DNA of 64,000 nucleotides from Balamuthia mandrillaris (Eukaryota): NCBI GenBank assembly GCA_031835245.2, contig JAVKOQ020000011.1, positions 62,001 to 126,000 of the forward strand, read 5' to 3'. Shown piece by piece: positions 33,575 to 45,448 of this stretch (position 1 is its first letter; each line of letters starts with the position of its first letter). The notes under the pieces were generated by a model. It saw only the letters and a program-made list of their open reading frames with translations, ran no database searches and was not told where the DNA came from. The position numbers and the translations under genes were made by a program.

Positions 33575-34163
33575 GTCGGTCTCAGCAGAAGGGAAAAAAA
33601 AAAAGAGAAGAAGCAACAAAACGGAGAGTGAGGATTGGGGCTGAGAAGAGGAAAGGGGTGTTGGCACGGGCCGTGTAGTCACTTTCTTCTTTCTTTCTTC
33701 TTTTTTCCATTCGGATTTTGTGCGGACAAACGTCGACAACAATTGACAGTCGCGAATTTTTTCTTCTAAAATTTTTGTCGGTCCCGTTTATTATTTTTGA
33801 ATTATTTTTTTTTTGCTGCCCGCGTTTTTTGTTCTGCGAAAGAAGGCAAGCGGTCGGTCTCCCCTTCTTTCACGGCACAAAAAAAAAATAATAAACACAA
33901 CGCAGGCCTTTTCAGGTACAAGTGGTGGTGGTGGTAGTGCGGGTTGTTGTCCTCCTCAGCGTAGCAAAACGAACACCAACAACAACAACAAACGTACACG
34001 AGAGGAAGACGAGCAACCGGACAAAAAAGACAAAGGCAAGGAAAAAGAACCTCACCAGCAACAAGAGAGGGCGTTGAAGAAAGCACGACCGACCACTACT
34101 TCTTTGGAAGAAGAAGAAGAACGAGAAGAAGAAGAGGAAGAAGGAGCTACAACAATAACAACA

Positions 34164-34496
34164 ATGGAAGTAGTGTTGCCTGCCTCGTTCGAGGTTCCCG
34201 ATGAAGCCAAGAACATCGACATTGACCTCTACAGCCGTCAGTACTACGTCTACGGCGGCCAGGCCATGTCCAAAATGGCTGAATCCACCATTTTTCTGAG
34301 CGGCCTTGGCGGTCTAGGCGTTGAAATCGGTTCGTTAGTTTTTTTAAAAGACCTAGCTCTTCTTCTCACTACTTCATCTCTTCATATTTTTTCCATCTTT
34401 TGCACTTATTTGTTCTTTTGTTTGTGATGTGATTTGCTACCTTGTTTTTTTCTCCTTCTGTGTGTGTCTGTTTTGCTTTCATTCTTGTTAAGAGGA

Positions 34497-34528
<32 letters not shown>

Positions 34529-36245
34529 AAGAGAGCGCAATGGATGACAGAGCGTAATAAGAAAAATTAAACCTAACACAAATAACCAACAAACAAATAG
34601 CTAAAAATATCGCGTTGGCGGGAGTAAAGACCCTCACTCTGCACGACAGCCAGCCGACGACCACCTTTGACCTCTCCTCCCAGTTCTTCTTGGGCGAGGG
34701 AGACCTCGGCAAGAACAGGGTGGAGGCCAGCGTGGAGCAGATCAAGGAGCTCAACCCGTACACCACCATCGATATCTACTCTGGTGACTTAGACAAAGCG
34801 GACCTCTCTTTCTTTGATCGCTTCAAGGTTTGTATTTGCTTTCTTGCAAGAAAGATCCACTCTATTTCTTGAAAAGCAAGTGTTTTGATCGCCTTTGTGT
34901 CCGGCTTCAGTGTGTAATATTGACAGACACGCCGTTGGACCTGCAACTCAAGATCAATGACTACTGCCATAGCAAAGGTATCGCCTTCATTTCGGCTGAT
35001 GTGAGGGGACTCTTCTGTTCCGCTTTTTGCGACTTTGGTGAAAAGTTTGAAATCCACGATAAGAACGGTGAAGAGAATTTGGAAGTAATGATTGATGGTG
35101 TCACTAAGGTATGCCCAGAGACTATTTTGTTTTCTTGTATTCTTTAGCATTAATTCTTACATCTGGTATTCTTTTTGTTCCTTTCGTTCGTTGTAAAGGC
35201 CAACCCTGGAGTGGTAACATGCTTGGAAAAGGCGAAACATGGCTTTGAGGATGGAGACCTGGTCAAGTTTAGAGAAGTTAAGGGAATGACTGAGTTGAAC
35301 GACAGAGTGTTTGAGGTGAAAGTTGTTAATTCGTTCACCTTTAGCATTGGTGATACTTCTGCCTTTTCCGACTACAAAGAAGGCGGCCTTGCCACCCAAA
35401 TGAAGAAGCCGTTCCAAATGAGCTTCGTATGTTGTCCCTGCTTATTTTGTTATTCTCTTGCTCTCATGGTCTTCTCTGTTGGGCCTGTCTCACATATGTC
35501 ATTTTAGCTTCCGCTGAGAGAAGCTCTTGTGAAGCCCGAGCTCCTGTTTGCTGACTGGGCCAAGATGCACGTTCCTCCTTCTCTTCACGTGGGAATGCAG
35601 GCCCTTGATGCCTTCCGTAAGGAGAACGAGGGAAAGCTTCCCTCTCCTTGGAACGCGGAACATGCGGCCAAGGTGGTCGAATTAGCCAAGGCCATCGCCA
35701 GCAAATCGCCCGCCACCTCCGACATCGATGAAGGAGTGGTCCAAAAGCTGGCCTTCACTTCCCAAGGAGGCGTTGCGGGTTTAACCGCTTTTCTGGGAGG
35801 TGTTACTGCTCAAGAGGCTATCAAATCGGTAACTGGCAAGTTTACGCCTTTGAACCAATTTGTACGTTGTTCTCTCCTGTCACTTGTCTTTTCTCTTCTC
35901 TCTCACTATTGTTCAAAATAATAGCTCTACTTGGATGCGTTGGAGTTGCTACCTGCCCAAGAGGAAGGCCAATCGGCAGAGGACTACGCCGCTCAATTCC
36001 AACCCAAAGGAGACCGTTATGACTCTCTCATCGTTTGCATTGGCAAAGACTTATTGCAACAGTTGCTTCAGCTTAAAGTCTTTATGGTAGGTGCTGGTGC
36101 AATTGGTTGCGAAATGTTCAAGAACTTTGCCATGCACGGCATTGGTGCCGGCGGTGGTCAAATCACTGTTACCGACAACGACGTCATCGAGAAGAGCAAC
36201 CTCAACCGCCAATTCCTCTTCCGCCCTAAAGACATTCGCGTACAT

Positions 36246-36279
<34 letters not shown>

Positions 36280-38514
36280 CCCTCTCTCTCTCTTCCTCTC
36301 TCTCTCTCTCTCTCCCCCTCTCTCTCTCTCTTCCTCTCTCCCTCTCTCTCTCCCCCTCTCTCTTCTCTCTCTCTCTCTCTCTTCTCTCTCCCTCTCTCAC
36401 TCCCCCTCTCTCTCTCTTCCTCTCTCCCTCTCTCACGTCCTTCCTCCCTGCTTATTGACAATTTCTTTTTTTTTTTTTTTTGTAGCAACCCAAATCGACA
36501 ACAGCAGGTAATGCGGCTATCCGTATGAACCCAGGCCTCCAAGTGGACGCCCACCTGAACAAAGTGGGACCTGACACCGAGGCCACCTACAGCGACGCCT
36601 TCTTCAAGTCGCAAGACATTGTGGTCAACGCCCTAGACAATATCGCTGCCCGCCTCTACGTGGACGGACGTTGCGTCACCAACCAAAGGCCTCTATTGGA
36701 GTCTGGCACACTTAGTACCAAGGGACACGTTCAAGTCATTGTGCCCTTCATGACGGAGAGCTATGGTTCCCGCAGGGATCCGCCTGAGAAGGACGTGCCT
36801 TTCTGTACTTTGAAGAGCTTCCCCAATCAGATTGAACACACCATCCAGTGGGCGAGGGATAAGTTTGAGAATCTGTTCTCCAACAAGCCCAAAGAGCTGG
36901 ATCAATTGTGGGAAGATCCCCTTTACTTGGAGGTTCGCCACCTTCTTTATTTTTATGTTGTTTTTTCTTTTTCGGCTGTTTTATTTATTTATTATTTTTT
37001 TGTGTAGAAATTGCGAAGCTCAACAGGAAACAAATTGGTAGTGGCTAGACGTTTGTTGAAGATACTGGACAACAAACCCACTTCCTACGATGACTGCGTT
37101 TCTTGGGCTCGCCTCAAGTTTGAACAGAACTTCACCAACAAATTGATCCAGCTGCTGCACTCCTTCCCGCTTGACATGGAAATGAAGGACGGCACCAGAT
37201 TTTGGTCTGGAGCCAAGAGACCGCCCACCGTGCTCAAGTTTGACTCCAAGAACTCGCTGCACCTAGACTTTATACGCTATGCTGCTGCACTCTATGCTAA
37301 GACGTGGGGCATACAACCACAACACGTAGATCCCAGAAGCGAAGAGGATAATGATTATTTGAGAAAGGTTCAGTCCTTTGGTTGCTCTTCGTGTCGTTGA
37401 CCTTTATTGTTTGTGATGTTAGTTGTGCTTTTTCTTGTTTCATTATTAACGCAAGCTGTGGTTGAAAAGGTGTGTGAAGCCACTGAGATCCCCATCTTCA
37501 AGCCTAAGGAGAACAAAAAAATTGAGACGGACACTAGCATCAAGGAGGCTCCAAAGGAGGAACCTCCCATGGAAGAGTTTGATGAAGCTGCTTTCAAGGA
37601 AGCCTTGGATCGCTTGGCCGCTTACGTCTCTGAGAAGGAGAAATTCAAGCTTCGCTCCGAAGACTTCGAGAAGGTTCGTTTTCCTCTCTTCTCTCTTTCT
37701 CTCTCTCTCTCTCTCTCTGACAGAAAAAAACTAAACAAACAGGATGATGATTCCAACTTTCACATTGATTTCATAACGGCCGCTTCCAACTTGCGCGCCA
37801 GCAACTATCAAATCCAAGCTGCAGACAGGCTCAAGACTAAACGTATCGCAGGCCGCATCATGCCAGCCATCGCTACCACCACCGCCGCCGTTTCCGGCCT
37901 CGTCGCTGTGGAGCTTATTAAGATTGTGAAGGGCTGCAAGTTGGAGGCGTATAAGAATACCTTCCTGAACCTTGCTCTTCCCATGTTCCAAATGGCGGAG
38001 CCTTTCCCTGCTGAGAAGACAAAGATCGGTCCTGTGGAAATCACTCTCTGGGATCAGTGGGATGTGAAGCTTGGCGATATCACTTTGCAAGAGTTTTGTG
38101 ATCACTTCAAGGTCAACTCTCTTTGGCCTCATTTGTCTCTTCTCCGGTTATCCTGAGAACTGGTTTTTGCTGACTCTCTTTTCTCCTTTCAATAGACAAA
38201 GTACAATCTGGAAGTCACGGGGGTATTTCAGGGTGTGCAAATGGTTTATGTGCCGATTATGCCTGGCCATGAAGGCAGATTACCAAAGAAGTTTGTGCAC
38301 CTCTCTCTCTCTCTTCGTGAAAACAATGCTAACAAAATCAAACATTTAAACCAGATTGAAGAGATATCTCACTAGAGAGCGGGGTCAAAAGTACGTGGAC
38401 CTCATTGTAACATTCGAGGATGAGAGCGGCGGCGACGTGCACGGTCCTCCTGTTCGCTTCTGGCTTGTGGGCAAGAAGAGGGCTGTCGTGAAAAAAGCTT
38501 CCTCCAGCAAGTAA
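34164..38514 (+). CDS. UBA6: Ubiquitin-activating enzyme E1, UBA6-like (possible non-AUG extension to ~33900)
   Basis: Motifs 'LYSRQ', 'GLGGLGVEI', 'VGAGAIGCE', '[16 protein letters not shown]', catalytic '[29 protein letters not shown]', '[13 protein letters not shown]' and C-terminal 'YVPIMPGH...KYVDLIVTF...GPPVRF'. Stop TAA 38512-38514. Confidence 0.85.
36247..36434. repeat. Long imperfect (CT)n tract in E1 intron
   Basis: Directly visible. Confidence 0.95.
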
Positions 38515-38986
38515 GCCATTTGATTTTTCTTTTTTGTGTTGTCCCAAAAACGAAAACGGTTTCGTGCAATAAAGAGACAAAAAAAAGGGTTGACGATGCT
38601 TCATCAATGAATACGAGTCGCGCAATGTCCTTAGCTCTTGCCAACGCCGCCCTTCTTCTCGTGCGTGCCAAATGTCGTCTCGTTTCCGCTCTGTCTACAT
38701 GCATCAAGACCACCAAACAAATCACAGGTTGGTCTAGAAAACGGGGCTTTCGTCAATGCAATGGAGGTGAGGCGAGAAGAAACAATTAATGGCACAGGGT
38801 TAATAACTTTGGGGGGCCACGCAAAGGCAATTAAGATAGAGAGATTAATACAGCAATTTTTCATATAGTGGTAATACGTGCTTTTACGCACCGTCATTTG
38901 CGGATCACTCGCATTACTTTTTCTTTTCGCAAAAAGAAAAAAAAAGAAGAGAGAGAGAGAGAGAGAGAGAGAAAAAAAATAAGCAA

Positions 38987-39853
38987 ATGGCTCGCTGTAA
39001 CCTTTTGCCTGCGCCGTTGCTTTGCCTCTGCCTCCTTATGGTGGGCCTGAGCCACGCCTGGCCCGGCATGCGCACTCACTCCAAGGGAGGTCCCTCCCGC
39101 CCGATCGGTCCCGACTGCACCGTGGGCGCCCACACCGTCGCCCAAGGCCCTTGCCCCAACATGCCCCAACCGCCTCCACCCTCCGGCTCCGTGGGCGACT
39201 ACCACTTTCACCACTGGCCCTCCGCCTTTCAGGTCTCCTGGGAGTTCTTCTTCGTGCCGGACGACAAGGACGTGCCGCCGTACCTCCCGCTCCCCAAGAC
39301 CGCCTACAATCGCACCACCGGCCGCACCTTCTACCAAGTGTTCGACGAGAGCCTCGGGCTGAGGAACATGCGGGAGAGCTACGACAAGTACTGCATTCCC
39401 GTGTTTGGCGACCCCACAAGCAGCATGGGCTCTCGCAACGACTTTAGCTGCGACTTCATCAACGTGGGCGTCAGCAAGACCGCCTTCGTGGTGCTGCACG
39501 AGGACCGCCCGGCCGGTGCCCCCGAGTGCTGCATCATCGGCCGTCCTTTCCACCCTCCCCCTCAGGACTTTGCTCGCGGAATGCCCGTCAAGTGGCGCGA
39601 CAACAAGGCTGGCGCTGCCGTCGATTGGAATGCCGTCTGGGATAAGGACGCCGGCATCTTCAACTATGGCTTCCAAGGGACGGACTCGGAGGTGGCCCCT
39701 CCGTTCGCGTTCTACATGAAGGGCGTGCCATGGATCGCCAACTGGATGTGGCAGCGGTTCTCCAACTTCTCGGCCACCACGCCGGACCCTTCCGTCTGGA
39801 ACTTGCCGCCCGCTTGCTTCGCCGATGGCGTCGGCCCTTGTCCTGGTTGGTAA
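38987..39853 (+). CDS. Secreted, intronless, Cys-containing protein; ependymin-related (EPDR/LolA-fold)-like
   Basis: Signal peptide (LLPAPLLCLCLLMVGLSHA), 'WPSAF' near the domain start, a 'CC' pair and a C-terminal 'F.NFSATTPDPSVWNLPPAC' motif typical of EPDRs. 288 aa. Confidence 0.65.
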   Translation: MARCNLLPAPLLCLCLLMVGLSHAWPGMRTHSKGGPSRPIGPDCTVGAHTVAQGPCPNMPQPPPPSGSVGDYHFHHWPSAFQVSWEFFFVPDDKDVPPYLPLPKTAYNRTTGRTFYQVFDESLGLRNMRESYDKYCIPVFGDPTSSMGSRNDFSCDFINVGVSKTAFVVLHEDRPAGAPECCIIGRPFHPPPQDFARGMPVKWRDNKAGAAVDWNAVWDKDAGIFNYGFQGTDSEVAPPFAFYMKGVPWIANWMWQRFSNFSATTPDPSVWNLPPACFADGVGPCPGW

Positions 39854-40041
39854 GCGTCTTCGTAAGCGCAAGCCTGCCGTTACAGCTTTGGTTCCATCAC
39901 AATAAAGTCAACAATCCCACCTTCAAGGAGGTTGTGGTTAGTCGGATGCAAGGATCTTTCCTTGCTTCATCAGTGGAGCAAATGAGTTAAGACAACAAAG
40001 AGAGTTCGGTTTCTTTACAAGGTGTTCAGTTGTGTACAGTT

Positions 40042-40633
40042 TTAGTGTGCAGGTTGCTTCTCTCCACCGGCTGCAGGGGTGGTGTTGGTGTCAACGGCAT
40101 CCGTTGCCGACTGGCTTTCTTTGTTTTCCGTGTGCGCTGATGCTGCTTCCTCTTCCTTCTTCTGCTTTTGCTCCTTCACTTTGCGAAGCAAGGAGTCGTC
40201 GAGGTACTGGCTGCCCTCAATGAGGTCGGTGTCGATCTCGGCCTCTCCCTTGATGGCAGACTTCCACCAGTTGCCCTTCTTCAGCTTGGGAAGCGTGAGC
40301 TCCACGGTGTGGCCATCGCTAACGTACCAAGTTGCATCGCTCACTTTGACCGTTCCACCGAGTTCACCCTTTCAACACAAAGACGAAGCAGAAAGAAAAA
40401 GGAGAAGAAATCAGAAGAAGAGACACAGGAGGAGGATAGTTAACAAAAAAACTTACGTCGATGATGAATGGCTTTCCCTTGACGCCAACTTGCAAGGACT
40501 CCTTCTTTATGTTACACACCACGTCCCGGCCTCGCACCTGTTCGTGGAGGGGAACCACAAGGGTCACCTCATCCTTGTTCTGGTCCCAGGTGTACTTGTC
40601 CGTCTTGCTGCCATAGTCTACCACTGAGGACAT
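40042..40633 (-). CDS. NudC-like CS/p23-domain co-chaperone
   Basis: 'KYTWDQNKDEVTLVVP...DVVCNIKKESLQVGVKG', then an intron, then 'TWYVSDG..VELTLPK...NWWKSAIKGEAEIDT'. Confidence 0.85.
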
Positions 40634-41253
40634 GATGGATGGCTCTGAGAGTTGTTTTGTGTTTGTAGTAATATGGTTAAAAGAAGACCAAAAAAAACAA
40701 ACAAACAAACAAACAAACAAACAAACAAACAAGCTCGAGTTCGCTTTGGACAAACCGACAAAACACAGACCATCCCGTTCTTGTGCGCGGTTCTTGCCTT
40801 CTGTAAAAGCGAAATTTATTGGAAATCTCTCTTCTTCGGATCCCTCTTCACAAATACTGCAGTCCGCGCGCACGTCCAACGAAATTCCCCTCTCGTGAAA
40901 AGCCAATCCAAAATCAAAAAAAAAAGGAAAATAGACCAGATCAACCTGACCGGGGTCAAGATCATCTTCCGCGTTTTGCCTTCCTGCCGACAACGAAAAA
41001 AGATTTGAGTCTTCGTGGGTGCAACAAAACGAATTTCAATTACGAATTTCGCCACGGCTTTGTCCTAATGCAAAATAGGTAGGGGTTTTAAAAAAACCCT
41101 TGCTGCTTCTTCTTCTTCTTCTTCCTTTTCTTTTTTTTCAACTCGTGGCTAAGCTCGCGAGGAGGACACGCGGAACTGAACCGAACAGCAGCCCATTGTG
41201 TTACATTTTTTCTCTTTTTTTTTTTTTTCCTGGGAAATAAAACAGGTAGAAAG

Positions 41254-41799
41254 ATGCAACGGAACGGAGTGTTGTTGTTGTTGTTTTGGATCGCCTTGGC
41301 GGGCGTCTTTGTATTGACCCTGGGTTTCGTTTCCTCCCTTGCCTTTTTTCTCTTTCTTTTTTTCTCTTTTTGTTTTTGTGTGACCGGCTGTTCACTTTCT
41401 TTCTTTTTCTGCAACCGCTCCTTCTCAACAACAAAATTTTTCACTCATCAGTTGGCATGGCATCGGCTGTGCCTCACTACGCGGGCCGACCCATTGAACC
41501 CCCCACCCCCACTACCAAATCCAAGAACATTGGCTTCGCCTTCTCCGGCGCTGGTGGCCGGTTGCCACAGGAGTTCGCCATGGTGGAGGCCTTGGTCCGT
41601 GGCTACACACCCAACGGACAGAAGCTTCGCCCTGTCATCGTGAGCGGAGTTAGCGCTGGCGCTCTTACTGCCGTCATGATGTCCGCTGCCATTCAGTACG
41701 TTGAAAATTTTAATGCCTTTTCTGTCTTCTGGTGGGAAGCAGTCTCTGACACTCTTTCCTCTCTGCTCTCTCCTCCCTGCTTTCTCCTCACTTTCTTGG

Positions 41800-41834
<35 letters not shown>

Positions 41835-42040
41835 TTTCTCCTCGCTCCTCTCTGCTCTCTGGTTCCTCTCTGCGTTCTCAATGAAGACAACAAGAAACTG
41901 GTAAGGGTCCATCCTGGGAGGACTGTAAGCAGGTCATTTTCAACGTCACAGACTCCACTATCTATGACTCGTCTGTGTGGGGCCTTGCTCGCATTTTTAC
42001 TCATAACATTTATGCCGGTACACTTCCCTTATCTCTCTCT

Positions 42041-42088
<48 letters not shown>

Positions 42089-43140
42089 AGCTAGTCTTTT
42101 TGTTTCTAGCCTTAATGCCTTCTCTCTCCCTCTCTCAAAGGCTACATACTTGATAACACACCATTTATCAAGTTTATGCAAGGGTTGATTAATGAGTACG
42201 GTTACCGTACTATGGGCGACCTCTACATCCCTACCATTATCACCGTAGGTTCGAAGTTTATCAATCACGTCCTTTTCTTTTAATTCTGACAGCATTTCTC
42301 TTTCACTCTCAGTGAACCAGACTACTGGCGAACCTATCCGTTTAGACTCTCGTAATCCAGCTCATCGTGGTCTTAGCCTGTTAGATGTATTGACAGCAAC
42401 GACCTGTACGTTGTTCCTTGTTTGTTTGATTACGATGCTCACCTCTTTCCTATCTGTGTAACTACTTTCAGCAATTCCTCCTGCTTTTCCATACTCCACG
42501 ATAGCTGGCGTTGATGGTAGATTTGTGGATGGCGGGGTTGGCACTGATGCTGTGCCTACCATCCCCTTGTTGTCAGAGCGCAATCCTCGTGTACACTTCT
42601 CTTCTTTAAATCTCTCTTCTCTTGTTCTCTGCACTCTTCTGCCTCCTCTCTTCTTTCTGCTCTCCCACTCATCTCTTCCTTTCAAAAACACATAGATCGA
42701 TGAAATCTATGTAATAGTAAGGCAAATGACCGGTTTGGACCTACCAGGTTGGTCGGCATCCATCCCCATTTTGTACAACTCTATCGCTGCCATATCAACG
42801 TTCATCGAAGAGGCCATCGCCACTTCCATCTCGGTGGCTGCTCAATCTGATCGTCCTGCCTTCCTCTACACTCCAATCCTCAACACCAGCGTATGCACTC
42901 CTTCTCTCTTCTCTCTCTTCTCTTCTCTCCAAATAACGAAAACTTTTCGCATTCCTTTTTTAGTTTGGTCTTTTTGATTTCCAGCACGAAAAGCTACAGT
43001 ACGATATGACTCATGAATGGGCCACCAAGAATAATCCTTTGGCGCTCAACTCGGACTCTCGCTTCACCTCCACTCTCGAGGTGAAGCGCCTCATTAGCGG
43101 CGTCAAAGCAAAACAGGGAGCTCCCCAACAACAGAAGTGA
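41254..43140 (+). CDS. Secreted patatin-like phospholipase
   Basis: Exon 1 (41254-41323) splices in frame to 41452, giving the signal peptide MQRNGVLLLLFWIALAGVFVLTLVGMASA. It has an oxyanion motif FSGAGGR, a nucleophile motif GVSAG and a catalytic Asp motif FVDGG (~42523-42537). Stop TGA at 43140. Confidence 0.85.
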
Positions 43141-43339
43141 GCTGTCCATTTTTTGTTTTTTGTTTTTTTGTTTTTTGCATTTGGTTGGTGCGTCAGTGGA
43201 GTTTATTTTTGTACTCTGAGGAACTAGGAGGTTTTACATTGTTGGTGACTGTGGACGCAACCAAACCAAACTGTATTTCTCTTTTCTTTTTCTTTTAATA
43301 AAGAAAAGAAAGAAAATGAGAACGACAATTAAAGAGAGA

Positions 43340-43351
43340 AGAGACAGAGGA

Positions 43352-43391
<40 letters not shown>

Positions 43392-43517
43392 ATAAAAGAG
43401 TTGAGAGAGAGAGAGAGAGAGAGAGAGAAGAGAATGAAAATAAAATAAAAGAGTTGAGAGAGAGAGAGAGAGAGAGAGAAAAGAGAATGAAAATAAAATA
43501 AAAGAGTTGAGAGAGAG
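43340..43517. repeat. Compound minisatellite: three copies of (GA)n-ATGAAAAT(AAAAT)AAAAGAGTT
   Basis: Units visible at about 43381, 43431 and 43481 in the intergenic region. Confidence 0.85.
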
Positions 43518-43662
43518 GGCATTCTTGTTAACTTATTGCGTTTTTTTTTGGTGGGATAAATTGCATAAAATTTTTCCAGGAAAGTTTGAGCAGGTTAAAA
43601 CAACGCAACAGAGTTCTCGCCATAAGAAAGGTTAACAAGAAAGTGTGCACAGAGAGGAGAGC

Positions 43663-44008
43663 ATGTTTTCCTTTGGGTCAGGGGCGGGCGGGTTAACGCT
43701 CGGCAATTCTCCGTCCATGGGCTCATCCAGCGCTGCTTCCCCCTCCCTGTCCTCCACCGCATCTTCTTCGGCCTTCCCCTCCGACGTTTTCGTCTTTGGT
43801 GCCACTGGGCTTGACGACCTGCTGCAGCAGCACAACAACAACAAAGAAGAGGAAGCGGAGAAGCGGGAGAACGAACGAGTGGTGAGCGTGTGGGACAAGG
43901 CAGAGCTTGCTAAAAAGTTCAAACACTCCATTGGCCTCCTCTTTAACAACCCCCAACACAGCGACATCGTCTTCACTTTTCCTGACTCTGAAGAAAAGTA
44001 ATCCTTTG

Positions 44009-44044
<36 letters not shown>

Positions 44045-45190
44045 TGTTCATGTTCTTCTTGTTGAGCATCTGATCCTCCTCTTTCTCCAATCCCATCCCT
44101 TACCCTTTCAAAAAGGATTTATGCACAAAAAGCGGTTTTGAGGGTGTGGAGCGAGTACTGGGACAAGATGTTCAGCGGCCTCTTCAAGGAGAGCTCCCAA
44201 AGCAGCATCCTCATCACGGACACCGACCACGCCACCCTCTCGGCCGCTCTCAAGTTCCTCTACACCGGGCAGATCACCCTCTCGGACAACAACATTTGGA
44301 CCCTCTTTGAGCTGGCCCGGATGTACTGGCTGCAACTGTTGGAGGAGGTGTGCCTGGCGTACCTGCAGTCCTCCCTGGGGGTGCACAACGTCCTGACGGT
44401 GCTTCGCTTTGCGGAGAGGCATTACCTGGAGGGGTTGCAGGGGGAGTGCGTGCGTTTTCTGGCGGGACACGTGGGCACGTTCGACGCGCAGCCAGAGAGA
44501 AGGGAGGAGTTCGTTAGGGATCTGAGCAAGCACAGCCTGCAAGCTCTGTTGCGTCACATTGCTACCGTTAGAGAATATTCCCATGTTACTCTATCGTCGG
44601 TGGTGCTTCTCTCTCTTATCTACGACTGGTGTACACATCGCACTTTCTCCTCGTCATCTTCTTCTCCTTCATCTGTTGGCGATGCGCGGCGAGATAAGGA
44701 AGCAAGAGAAGAGGACGGAGCACAGCAAAAAAGAGAAAAACTAAAAGGCACTCACGAAGAAAATGAAGAAGAGGAGGAGGAAAATGGGAAGAAGAGAAAA
44801 CGGCGCAGTGAAGACGAAGAACCACAAAGAGCGGAGAAGAAGAGAAGAGAAGAAACGTTGCAAGAAAAGCGAGATCGCCGAGTGAGTAGCCTGTTGGAGT
44901 TGATGCCTTTCGACCGCATGAGCACACAAGAGCTGGAACGCATTGAACAAGAACCAAAATACATGAGTTTACCCATCATGCCCATAAAACTCATGCAAGC
45001 TTGGAAGGCCAAAGCTCGTGTTAGCTTAGGCTTTACTCCTTTACCATCTACTTCACCTTCTACCACTACATCCTCTTCTCCTTCGTTTATTGTGCCCGAT
45101 CTTTCTTCCATGCAGTTCACGGTTGGTACCTACGACACCAGCGCCAATCGAGGTAGACGGCGTTATCTTAACCCCACCCGCAGGAAGTGA
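43663..45190 (+). CDS. BTB/POZ(-BACK) domain protein
   Basis: 'HSDIVFTF...|IYAQKAVLRVWSEYWDKMFSGLFKES...LKFLYTG...LEEVCLAYL...NVLTVLRFA'. One intron, ~43998-44115. Confidence 0.88.
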
Positions 45191-45448
45191 CACATCTTCG
45201 CTCTGCTGGCTCCTTCTTCTGTCTTCTTTCTCCTTCCTGTCCTCTTCGATGACACCCTGTAGGTTTGAGAGACTTTGTTTGTAACAAATAAACAGCAAAA
45301 CGGTATCTTCTTTCCTCTCTTTGCTTTCTTTTCACCTTCCTCTTCTTGCTCTTCTCGTTTTTTGTTATTTCGGTGTCTTTTCGCTCACATGTCCTTTTTT
45401 GCTCAGGAAAAGCACAACCGAAAAAAAAAAAAAAACAAAGCGAAAGAA

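Noticed and set aside
38894..39871. 325-aa antisense ORF over the EPDR-like gene, with similar shadows over the vinculin-like, Ig-like and GANAB genes
   Set aside because: Expected antisense shadows of GC3-rich coding sequence, with no independent protein signature.
43340..43517. Regularly spaced repeats resembling a CRISPR array
   Set aside because: The spacers are (GA)n microsatellite, the context is eukaryotic and there are no cas genes.
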